Both the position numbers and the translations under genes were made by a program. The notes under the pieces are model-generated. The model saw only the letters and a program-made list of their open reading frames with translations. It did no database searches and was not told the DNA's origin. DNA of 64,000 nucleotides from Batkoa obscura (taxonomy: Eukaryota), in contig JASVEC010000013.1 of the NCBI GenBank assembly GCA_030770535.1, forward strand, positions 806,001-870,000, given 5' to 3'. Shown here piece by piece: positions 53,239-64,000 of the stretch. Numbering within the stretch: position 1 is the stretch's first letter; each line of letters begins with the position of its first letter.

Positions 53239-54029
53239 ATATCTTAAATTTGAATCTTAATCCTTACATTAACTTTTATCAATAAAAATAAGCTAGTTTT
53301 TAATCTGAATAGGAAGTAAACTATTTTTAAGAGAACGGGAAACGATTAATAAGATTGTTCCAACTTTGGTACTTATCTGATCAAGAGATTTCATAACTGA
53401 CTTTCCCCTTGAAGAGAGTATACTGCTGCACATACATTATATAATATATAAATATCTTGCTTCGTTGCTTATTTCATTTCTTATACAATGTAAAATAAAG
53501 GAAATTTAATAGTAAAATATTGAGACAAAAAAGACATTCTCATATCCAATTATTCATTATGGCGCTATTATAAAATATTTTACTTGCCTCAATAAAATTA
53601 ATGAAGATCAACTTTATCCCTTAGAAACGTTATGTTTTAAAACATAAGAATATCCAACTCCTGGTAGATCTTCCTTGATCCACTGATCTAAGTATGATGC
53701 TTTCGGATCCACCTTAGAGTTTAATTTTGTGTAGTGTTTAACTTCAATTGCCACTCAACTGATATTACAGTAAATCACTTCTTATGATTAATCAGATTAA
53801 TTATTAAGTGCTATGATAGAATCTACCATTTATTATTATTAATCAGAGGGTCCTAAGTTACCAATAAAAGAGTTTAATGGAATTGTTTAAATTAAGATTT
53901 TATTTAATAAAGCATATTAATTAATATTTATTTATCAAATTCGTATCTTTGTATTATAAATAAAGATAAATTAAGACAATTATACTACCTATAAAGAGTC
54001 AAACAAAACTCAAATTAATTATCAAAAAA

Positions 54030-54587
54030 ATGAATAAATTTGCATTAAACACTATTGTATTAGCTTTAACTGCTACTATTACTTCACTTCCAGCCTCAAG
54101 TAATGTCCACTTAGCCAAACGAAGCTTTAATACTTTACCATTGAATTTTGGTTCTAGTGAATTTTCCAACAGCAATAATTTTCAACAATTCCATTCTATC
54201 ATTCCCACCTTTGGTTTAAATGGGAATTTTGGATTTGATGGGATTAATTCCATTGATACCTTAACCCCTAGTTTAGCTTCTTTAGATTTTCCAGCTAATA
54301 TTGACACTTCCATTTCAAGTAGTATTCCTTTGGTCAGACGCAGTTTTACCAATTTCTCTCCAGGTTATGGAATTGGTGGCTATGGTGGGTTTAATAGTGG
54401 GTTTGGTTCTTTTGGCTTTCCAACTGTAATTAGTAATAATGCTTTTAACGCTAATGCTAATAATTTTAATGCTAATGAATTTGACCGTAATAAAGAAGCT
54501 GCTGTATTCGTTGATAATGTTCATAAGAAAGATGTAAATAGTAATCACTCCAATGTTAATAGCCAGAATAATGCTGCTATTATTTGA
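54030..54587 (+). CDS. Small secreted Gly/Asn-rich protein, paralog B (extra KR..RR-delimited module)
   Basis: Signal-like N-terminus, LAKR and LVRR dibasic sites; C-terminal ~75 aa nearly identical to paralog A; TATAAA upstream. Confidence 0.85.
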   Translation: MNKFALNTIVLALTATITSLPASSNVHLAKRSFNTLPLNFGSSEFSNSNNFQQFHSIIPTFGLNGNFGFDGINSIDTLTPSLASLDFPANIDTSISSSIPLVRRSFTNFSPGYGIGGYGGFNSGFGSFGFPTVISNNAFNANANNFNANEFDRNKEAAVFVDNVHKKDVNSNHSNVNSQNNAAII

Positions 54588-54629
54588 TCTATTATAAAGA
54601 TTGAAAAATAAACATTTAAATATCAAAAC

Positions 54630-54672
<43 letters not shown>

Positions 54673-54766
54673 TATTACTATTACATATTTTAAATGGTCA
54701 CAAACATTCAACAAAATTTATAAATTTATATATGAATGCTTGCTTAGATTGACTTTTACTATATTT

Positions 54767-54863
54767 GGGGATGTATTTTTTTGTTTAAGAATTTTACTGA
54801 TAGCTTTTCCACTCAAATAGCGCTTAAAAGATGGAAAAAGTGATGAAGCCAAAAAACACTCCG
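54767..54863 (+). mobile_element. MITE copy 10
   Basis: GGGGATGTATTTTT...AAACACTCCG, flanked by ATTT/ATTT. Confidence 0.88.
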
Positions 54864-55184
54864 ATTTTATTATTATTTTATACTTCAAGTTTTTAGTATT
54901 ATAAAACGTCTGACAGATACTTTATTATACTTTGTTATTTAATGGTAAGGATTAAAAACTTTCATAAGTTTATTTACTATTTTAATTGTTTGTCTTTTAA
55001 TAGTGTTATAGATCATTAGACTTTATGATAAGTTAAATTAAGCATATACTTCATGATAAAGTTTAATAGTTTTCGTTATTTACATTTATAGTATATAAGT
55101 AAAATCCTGTCCAGAGCTCACTTGTTTTCTAACTTTAATTGATTGTAAATGTTAGAAATTAATGCTAATTTTTAGAAAATAAGT

Positions 55185-55284
55185 GGGGGTGTTTATTTTC
55201 GATTTCACCACTTTTTCCATTTTTCAAGTGCTATTTGAATAGAACAATTGTTAATAAAATTCTTAAACAAAAAAATACACCCCC
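55185..55284 (-). mobile_element. MITE copy 11
   Basis: GGGGGTGTTT...ATACACCCCC, flanked by AAGT/AAGT. Confidence 0.9.
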
Positions 55285-55450
55285 AAGTAAATAAGTATTA
55301 AATAGCTTTTATAGCATTTATTAAGTGGAATTTATAAAATAACAATTACACAATATTAAAAAAAGACTTAATTTAAAAAGTAAAACATACGATGTATATC
55401 AATAAGCTGAAACAATTGTTTTATAATTCTTTATATGATAGCTAATATAT

Positions 55451-55547
55451 GGGAATGTATTTTTTTGTTTAAGAATTTTACTAGTAATTTTTCCACTTAA
55501 ATAGCGCTTAAAAAATGGAAAGTGATGAAACCAAAAAAAACATCCCC
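55451..55547 (+). mobile_element. MITE copy 12
   Basis: GGGAATGTATTTTT...AAACATCCCC, flanked by ATAT/ATAT. Confidence 0.9.
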
Positions 55548-56155
55548 ATATAAAGTTTTGATTTTGGAATCTAAATTAATCTTTGATAAGTTTTTATATT
55601 ATTTATTAATTTAATTTAAAAATATAAGCTAAGGAGTTTAACTTATTTTAATAGTTTATGCTGCTACTTTTGAATAATATTAAGTTACATATTAAAGCTG
55701 TTTTAAAACTAGCAAAATATTGCTTCATAGAAGAATTTGAAGAAAAAACCTTTATTAGTTTTATTTATTAGTAAGTTTAATAAATACATAATAATTATTA
55801 AAATAATTATTATTTGTTTAAAAAGAATTTTTTTGGATTTCATTTTATCATCTATTTTTTAAATCTAATTAATTGAAGATACCATTAAGAAATGTTATAA
55901 AAAAAGCAATGTAATATTAAATCTTTCAAATAATTTAAATTAAATTTCAACTTTGATTTAGAATTTAAATTTTAAACCAGAAATATTAAATTGATCACAT
56001 GATGGATTAGTTGGCACCTAAAATATCAATGCCTAGAATTAGAGTTCAACTTTTGGTAGGTGCAGACTAAAATCATAAATTAGCTAGAAATTTGATTTGA
56101 TTATTCTCACCAACCATTCAGTGTAATTAATGGCTAGATAAGATTAGGATTATAT

Positions 56156-56224
56156 GGGGATATATTTTTTTGTTTAAGAATTTTACTAACAATCTTTCCG
56201 CTGAAATAGCGCTTAAAAAATGGA
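56156..56224 (+). mobile_element. MITE copy 13 (right end missing)
   Basis: GGGGATATATTTTTTTG...AAATAGCGCTTAAAAAATGGA, then unrelated sequence. Confidence 0.85.
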
Positions 56225-56550
56225 TATTCAATTACTATGAGATATGTTATTCCTAATGAATCTTAATTGATTCAATATGTAAGCGGGATAACAATTAGGT
56301 ATCGGGTAACAATTCGAATCATCAATCTATGAGATGCTTTTTTTAAGAAGAATATTAAAAAAAGAGATGCTAAACAAATATAGCTATTCTAATTTATGAT
56401 CTTTTGATTTATATAATAAATAAATCCAAAAATAAAAGTAATTGAATTCGAATTAAAGTCTACTTTTATTTCAAATTTTATTAATTTGAATGTTGAAACT
56501 TTAAAAAGAAGTTTTTATTACAATCCCCTTTCTTTTTCTCTCACTATTCT

Positions 56551-57057
56551 TTAATCTAACAAGGACACTGTATTACTTCTCTGAGGTAATTTCGGTGGGA
56601 TTAATTCCGTTGATTTTGAATCCATAGGATAATGAATGGATTTCAAATAACTTTTTAATTGAGGTATTCTAAATGGATTTTTAATGTTACTATTTTTTAA
56701 TGAATTTTCAATACTATTCGTTTGGTATAATTTATTATCTAAATTAATATTAATATTAGTATTAATACACGTTGTTATGAATATTATAAGTTATTAGATG
56801 TTATATGTTGAGTGTATTATGTATTATGTAAGTATGATGTATCTATCAAAAATTGATTTACCTAATTTGTAGATCGATTCCCACCATTGATAATGATCAT
56901 TACTTGGTTGTGGTACTAAAATAAAATAAAATATTACTCTATTTTATTTTAAATAATAAACATAAATATAATAACTTACAGCCAATAGTAGATAATAAAT
57001 CTTCATTTCCTATATCAATTAAAGTATCTACTTTTAATTGATTATTATTATTATTAC

Positions 57058-57094
<37 letters not shown>

Positions 57095-58691
57095 GTTATT
57101 ATTATTATTAGGAACACTATTATTAGAAACACTATTATTCTTTTTATGCTTATGGTTATGATTGACAATACCACTTTTTTCATTATTAAAAAATGGGATT
57201 TTAAAACCAGCTAATACTAAATAAAATAAAATAAAATAAATATTAGTAATTTAAATATTAAATTATTATTATTTATATTATTATTATTATTATTAAATTT
57301 ACCAGGTTTATGATCTGATTCATATAATTTAGCATCGGAATAATATAATGGTATTATCTAATAAGTTAAATTAAACTTATTAATATTATGATTAGAATAA
57401 GCTTACTTTATCACCACGAAATAAAATACGATCTAGATTTTAAATATAAAAATTCCATTAATATTCAACTCTATTCTATACAATCAAAACTATAAAAAAA
57501 CTTACCAGTCCAAGCAGGAATTCTTTTTTTTTCACTAACAATAATAAAATAGATTAATATTCTAAAATAATGATTAAATTTCATTATTAATTTTATTACC
57601 TAGTATCATAATTATCAGTATGAACATCAAATTTATAAGTTGGAAAAAAAGTAATTGGCATTTCATTAAAATAAGGAAATGCTAATTTTAATTTCATGGC
57701 ATTTATTAACTAAAAATATCATTTAATACATAACAATTATTTCTATTATAAACTTACTTGATCTTTAGCCAATAAAGATCTTAAATCATCATTTTTAATA
57801 CTATGTAGTACTCTTTCATAACTTAAATTAATTCGATAATTAAAATCCCCAATATAAAATAAGTAGCTAAAATAATTAATAATAATTAGTAATAAATAAA
57901 TATAAATAAATATATTAATAACTTACTCATGATTTTCCAAACTACCAAAATTAAAAAAATTCAAGCCATAATGAACTGTATTAAAATCTCGATTTCTATC
58001 TTCCAATTTACTTTGTCCTAAAATTAAAATTAAAATTAAAATCAATTAATTTTTAATACCTATTTACAAGACTACTTACCCGAAGCAAAATGGGCACCCA
58101 CAAAACAAAATGTTGAATTAAACAATTGAAATCGAATAGCTGTTGCCCCTTTATTACCTGCCATACCCCCAAGTCCTGTTTTCTTTTTAGTATTAGAAAC
58201 CAATTTAATATTTCCAATAATCTCTTTTTTAACAAAAATAAACAAGCAAATACCAACTAATTGTTCACTTGATAATAAATGATAATGATTTTTCCTTCCT
58301 TTATTTACTTCATATTTTTCACTTAATAAATTTAAATCTCTTAACAAAATTTGTTTCCATATTAAACTTCGATTTAAATCCGCATTGAGGATTTGACTGG
58401 GTGTTAATTCTACTATTTCTTCAAATACAATTGCATAAATATCCGGTAATACTTGATTTTCAGTATGATATTTAGATTCTAACCATAATAATAAACTTTC
58501 TTTAGAGGGATAGCGCCCATTGACATTATATGTTCCACAATGAATTATTAGTTCTCGATTAAAACTATTATTTATTGTTATTGTATTATTATTATTTATA
58601 TTATTATTATTTATATTATTATTATTTATATTATTATTATTTATATTATTATTGTTTATATTATTATTATTATTATTACTCTTAGTTAATA

Positions 58692-58727
<36 letters not shown>

Positions 58728-60428
58728 ATAATAATTGATGAATAATTAGATATTTTTTATCATCTAAAAACATATTTTGATATAATCTAGTAACTGATTT
58801 TGAAGCATCGTTTAATTTATCTAATAAATTAGATTTACCGAATTGATGAACATTACTTTGTAAAGCCCCTGTACCTGCATAAATTTTAGATATTTGATCT
58901 CCATTTTTAATAATACTTTGATTTAATTTAGATTGTATAAAATTAATACTTTCTTTTTGTTGATATTTTTTTTGAAAATAATTTAATTGTATAAAATTTA
59001 ATATCATTCCTTGAATTAAATTCGTTCGATCTAAACAATCTAAACAATTAATTCTAATAACTCCATTTTGTAAATTAATGATTTTTTTTGTTTGATTATT
59101 CATTAAAAAATACTCAAATTGTTCAATTTTCGATTGAATTTGTTCAATAAATTGATGAGCATTTTGAACATTACCCCCTTTACAAGCAAAATGATAATCA
59201 AAAGCCGTATAATGAATAATATTATTCGTATCCAAATTAGCAATTAATTCTTCATAAATTTGACTTAAAGATAATTCAATATTATTTTCATTTTGACTTA
59301 ATAAATTTAATAAAAATAAATTAGTATATCTTTCTTGTAACCAATTAATATGTAAATTAAAACAATATTGACTTGCATCCGAACCTCGACTTAATTGAAA
59401 TTTATGGCCTAATACTTGATTTCCTTCTTGTTTCCAAAACGTGGGTACACTACCTCGTACTATTATAAAACTAAATGTTTCTTCGTTACTACTAATTATT
59501 AATTCCGTTTCTACAAAATTAGCTACATAGCCATCATCATCTATACCTCTTGTATTAAATCGAGTACCTTAAAATCAAATTAAATTAAATTAATATATTA
59601 AAATATTAAAAGTATTCAACTTACCTGCTCTTTTCCAACACAATCTAGAAATTAAAGTACAATTAATTGGATTAATATCATTTATATTAGGAACTAAATA
59701 AGTATCAACTAAACCTTGAATAATTGGAGTAATTAGACCAGAAGTAAATAAAAATTGTTGAAGTTTAATATTATTATTAATTGTATTTAATAATTTTAAT
59801 TGTTCCATTAACAAATTTTGATTCCATAAAAAATCGCTATCTCTAATATAATACTCTTTTTCTCCTGACTTTGTGTTTTGATTTCTATAATAAATGTAAG
59901 TTGATGTTTAAAATAATAGAATAAATGAACTTACTTCTTTTGTAAACTTACAGTGAGGTCCATTTGATGTGAAAAATAAAAAAATTGTTGTTTAAAATAG
60001 TCTTGAAACTCTTTATAAATAACTCCCTCCCTTTCATCCTTCTCTAAAACATATTCCACCTCTTCTTCTTCTTTCATTACGTCATAATCCCATCTATCAT
60101 CATTTAAACAAACAAACAATACATTTTCAATTTTAAATATATTTTTTTTTCCAAAAATATTTATCCTTTCTCCACCAGTGAATGTCGATATAAATAAAGC
60201 AAATTGATAAGTCTGTAATTTTAAATTACCAAGATAACCATATACATGAGATAATAAAGTATAATTTTTTTTATTAATTGATTTTTTTAATTCAAGTTGA
60301 AGGGTGTTGTTATTATCATAACAAATTATTAATGTTTGATCCAAGGAACTATTTTCTAAAGTATAAGTTTCTAATGCTAATTGACGTTGAGGTGAAGTTT
60401 GTAAATACAAAGCTATTTGAGCTATCAT
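56551..60428 (-). CDS. Synaptojanin-like SAC1 + inositol polyphosphate 5-phosphatase (Inp52/Inp53 type), multi-exon
   Basis: RAGTRFNTRGIDDDG, RGSVPTFW, SAC1 CX5R motif RINCLDCLDRTN, GTYNVNG, GNKGA, GDFNYRI, PTYKFD, PAWTDRI, SDHKP, C-terminal NPF and PPKLPQR. Confidence 0.92.
58569..58727. repeat. (AAT)n-type microsatellite encoding poly-Asn inside the INP5x exon
   Basis: TTA runs on the + strand; translation NNNNNNNNNNNILTKSNNNNNNINNNNINNNNI... Confidence 0.9.
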
Positions 60429-60689
60429 AATATTTGAAATTGAATTATTTTTATTGATAGGTACTTTTATTATTATCAGAATTGAATTCAAATACAAAGT
60501 TGAATGAATATATAGAGCAAAAAAATTCAAAAATCAATTTTTAAAATTGAATTTTTTAACAAAAAGAAAAATAAATACAACAAATATCAAAAATATTCTT
60601 AAAAAATTTATTTAGCAATGTATCAAATAATTCATTCTAATTCAAACATTGTTTGAAATATATTAAATCTTAACTATTAAAAAAAAGCT

Positions 60690-60744
<55 letters not shown>

Positions 60745-60747
60745 CTT

Positions 60748-62214
60748 TTAAACTTTCATAACATTGAAACATTTAGATTCCAAAATAGATAATAATCCAT
60801 TATTCTTCCCAAATTTCACTTGATGGATCTTATCCCCAATAATCTCCATTTGATATTTTGGATTAGCAATAAATTGAGGATGATTAATATTCATTGAATT
60901 ATTTCCCGAAACAACATTACTTTTAGCCATACTTAAATCAAACCAATAAACAATAGGATATTCACCTAAATCAATAAACAACAATTACTATCTTTCTCTA
61001 TCATCATCATTAAAAACAAATAATAATTTCATAATAAAATAACATCTTTACTTACCAGACACCAACATTTCATTTCTATTTTTAGGTAACCAGTCCATAG
61101 TAATTGGGGGTAACTTCATCTCACATAATTCGGCTACTTTAATAAATGGTTTTCTTAAATCTAAGATACCAACTTTATTGTTCTCTTTTTCAATTATTGA
61201 TAAATAATTGGGGTCCATTCGATTAAATTTTAATTTTAATATACTACTATTACTATGAGAACAAGAGACGATATTAGAACTTGATGATTTTGAACTTGTG
61301 GTTTCATAGATAATCGTTGATTGATCTAAACATCTATAATTGAAATAAAAATAAATAATTATTAATTATTAATTATTATCTAATAACAATATAGTAATAA
61401 TAATCTCAATTTTAAATTTAGTAAGTTTGAAATCCCATTTCAACTTACCTTAAATCAAACAATCGAACCGAACCATCCGCTCCCACGGACCCAAACACTT
61501 CTTTGGAATTATTAGAAGCAAATTGTACGTCAAATACCTCTGAATCATGAGCAATTAATTGAGTTTTAATTTTCTGTAATTCTAAATCCCAAATGGTACA
61601 TGTGGTATCAATACTCGAAGTAACTATTAAATTACTATCACATTCACTCCAATCAAAACTAGTTAAAGGAGCTAATTCTAAGTTACGAGTCTATAAATTG
61701 AAGACTTTAGTGAACTCATTAAGAAATAATGTGACTTACGTTAATTAATTGATAACTTATTAAGTTTTCAATAGGTTCCAAACTAGTGGGTATTTTATAT
61801 AAGTTTAATACATCGGTACTAGAAGCTAACCATTCATGTGTTGGATGAGTCTTTATATGTTATTTTTATTCTATTATTATTATTTATTATTCTAATTAAA
61901 ACTTACATTTTTTGATTCAAATAATATATTTGTTGGTGAATATAATTGATGAATTTCTACTGGTATTTGTGGATTATTTTCTTGTTCTAAGTCTATATCA
62001 TAGATTACTATCTATTGAAATTATAAATATTGTATGTATATATTATTGCGATATTATATATTATATTATTATGTGTTATTTTATATTATTACTATTTATT
62101 TACCTTATTATCTTTTGATTGAAAACTACTTATTGCTATTCTATTATCTAAACAATTGGACCAATCTAAACAATAACTATTGAAATCTAAATGAATCTTT
62201 TGATTAATTGTCAT
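60748..62214 (-). CDS. WD40 protein DCAF7/WDR68 (HAN11/YPL247C family), multi-exon
   Basis: [63 protein letters not shown]. Confidence 0.9.
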
Positions 62215-62397
62215 TTGAAATAAACTTCAATCAAATAAATTAAAAAAAGAAAATAACTTAAAGAATCAATTTGCAATTTTTAAATAACAGATTTTATTTT
62301 TATTATATAATTATAGTTATATTAATATATTTTTTTGGTTAGCTATATAGAATTGTTTAATAAACAACTATTCTTTTGAAAATCTACCGATAATAAA

Positions 62398-64000
62398 TTA
62401 ATCAACTTCTTCAATGGTTGGTCCATCAGCGCCTGGACCTGCTGGTGGAGCACCTGGGAAACCTCCTGGAGCACCCCCTGGAGCGCCTCCTGGGAAACCT
62501 CCTGGGAAACCTCCTTCAGCACCTGGAGCACCTCCAGCAGCGTAAATCTTAGCCATAATTGGGTTAGCTACACCTTCAAGTTCCTTTTGACGCTCTTCAT
62601 ATTCTTCTTTTGAAGCTTCATGAGAGTTATCTAACCATTCAGTGGCTTCTTTAATAGCAGCTTCAAGTTTTTCTTTATCAGCAGCTTCTAATTTACCAGC
62701 AACCTTTTCATCATTAAGGGTATTACGTAAATTATAAGCATAAGATTCAAGTCCATTCTTAGCTGAGATACGGGCAGCAGCAGCTTCATCTTCAGATTTA
62801 TATTTTTCAGCTTCAGCAACCATACGTTCAATATCTTCTTTAGAAAGACGACCTTTATCGTTAGTAATAGTAATCTTATTAGAGCGACCAGTAGATTTAT
62901 CAGCAGCAGTAACATTCAAGATACCATTAGCATCAATATCAAAGGAAACTTCAATTTGTGGAACACCACGTGGTGCTGGTGGAATACCTGATAACTCGAA
63001 TTTACCTAATAAGTTATTATCCTTAGTACGGGCACGTTCACCTTCAAATACTTGGATTAATACACCAGGTTGGTTATCAGCATAAGTAGAGAAAGTTTCG
63101 GATTTCTTGGTTGGAACAGTGGTATTACGTTTGATAAGTGGAGTCATGACACCACCGGCAGTTTCAATACCAAGAGAAAGTGGAGCAACATCAAGAAGTA
63201 AAAGATCTTGAGTCTTTTCGGAGGTATCACCAGTTAAGATAGCAGCTTGGACAGCGGCACCATAAGCAACAGCTTCATCAGGGTTGATAGACTTATTTGG
63301 TTCTTTACCATTGAAATAATCAGAAACAAGCTTTTGGATCTTTGGAATACGAGTAGAACCACCAACAAGTACAATTTCATTGACAGCAGATTTATCAATC
63401 TTGGAGTCACGAAGTACTTTTTCTACTGGATCAACAGTGGAACGGAAAAGATCTTGGCAAAGTTCTTCGAAACGAGCACGGGTGATGGATGTATAGAAAT
63501 CAATACCTTCGAAAAGAGAATCAATTTCAATAGAAGTTTGAGCAGCAGAAGAAAGAGTACGCTTAGCACGTTCACAAGCAGTACGGAGACGACGCATAGC
63601 ACGAGCATTTGAAGAGATATCTTTCTTATTCTTACGCTTGAATTCTTGCATAAAGTGGTTAACAAGACGGTTATCGAAATCTTCACCACCTAAATGGGTA
63701 TCACCAGCAGTGGCTTTAACTTCAAAGATACCATCTTCAATGGATAAAAGGGAAACATCAAAAGTACCACCTCCTAAATCAAAGATAAGGACATTCTTTT
63801 CACCAGTGGTCTTAGAGTCAAGACCATAAGCAATAGCAGCAGCAGTAGGTTCGTTAATGATACGGAGAACATTAAGACCAGCAATGGCACCAGCATCTTT
63901 AGTAGCTTGACGTTGAGAATCATTGAAGTAAGCTGGGACAGTGACAACGGCATCAGTAACAGTTGTACCAAGATAAGCTTCAGCAGTTTCTCTCATTTTA
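62398..64000 (-). CDS. HSP70: Cytosolic Hsp70 (SSA type), 5' end outside window
   Basis: [41 protein letters not shown], GGxP repeats, C-terminal GPTIEEVD. Confidence 0.98.
   Translation of the reverse strand, partial: KMRETAEAYLGTTVTDAVVTVPAYFNDSQRQATKDAGAIAGLNVLRIINEPTAAAIAYGLDSKTTGEKNVLIFDLGGGTFDVSLLSIEDGIFEVKATAGDTHLGGEDFDNRLVNHFMQEFKRKNKKDISSNARAMRRLRTACERAKRTLSSAAQTSIEIDSLFEGIDFYTSITRARFEELCQDLFRSTVDPVEKVLRDSKIDKSAVNEIVLVGGSTRIPKIQKLVSDYFNGKEPNKSINPDEAVAYGAAVQAAILTGDTSEKTQDLLLLDVAPLSLGIETAGGVMTPLIKRNTTVPTKKSETFSTYADNQPGVLIQVFEGERARTKDNNLLGKFELSGIPPAPRGVPQIEVSFDIDANGILNVTAADKSTGRSNKITITNDKGRLSKEDIERMVAEAEKYKSEDEAAAARISAKNGLESYAYNLRNTLNDEKVAGKLEAADKEKLEAAIKEATEWLDNSHEASKEEYEERQKELEGVANPIMAKIYAAGGAPGAEGGFPGGFPGGAPGGAPGGFPGAPPAGPGADGPTIEEVD

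Noticed and set aside
53330..53880. Coding-like minus-strand fragment with VAIEVK (PD-(D/E)xK-like)
   Set aside because: Single short motif among stops; not enough to call
56274..56314. AATATGTAAGCGGGATAACAATT resembling the lac operator, with a second CGGGTAACAATT
   Set aside because: Imperfect match with no adjacent vector sequence; treated as coincidence or a short local duplication
62343..63971. Overlapping and antisense ORFs on HSP70 (likewise on ABZ1, SYO1, the 34-35 kb gene and the secreted genes)
   Set aside because: Shadow frames produced by codon bias of the real genes

Overview
Very AT-rich eukaryotic nuclear DNA with many short GT-AG introns. Gene content and style fit an early-diverging fungus (Zoopagomycota/Entomophthoromycotina-like; inference only). 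Compact blocks of conserved genes: ARMC8/VID28, PIN1/ESS1, TIM22, MCM4, CLF1, class 3 lipase, DCAF4-like, alternative NADH dehydrogenase, TGS1, Lunapark, SYO1/HEATR3, STE14, ABZ1, synaptojanin-like INP5x, DCAF7 and HSP70. These alternate with gene-poor accessory stretches (about 15-28, 41-44 and 49-56 kb). The main non-obvious signals are: (1) a ~95-100 bp MITE in 13 copies with imperfect TIRs and 4-bp A-W-N-T target-site duplications (Sola-like); (2) three Kelch-repeat/TM paralogs, two of them head-to-head and sharing a sharply bounded ~415-bp near-identical inverted tract; (3) a Sororin-like C-terminal motif in a spliced last exon of the gene divergent from MCM4; (4) two Kex2-site, Asn/Gly-rich secreted precursor genes with a homogenised 3' end; (5) relics of a DD34E Tc1/IS630 transposase and of LTR integrases; (6) a 14-bp motif shared by two bidirectional promoters. 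Spliced-gene coordinates are outer spans read by eye, and no database searches were run.
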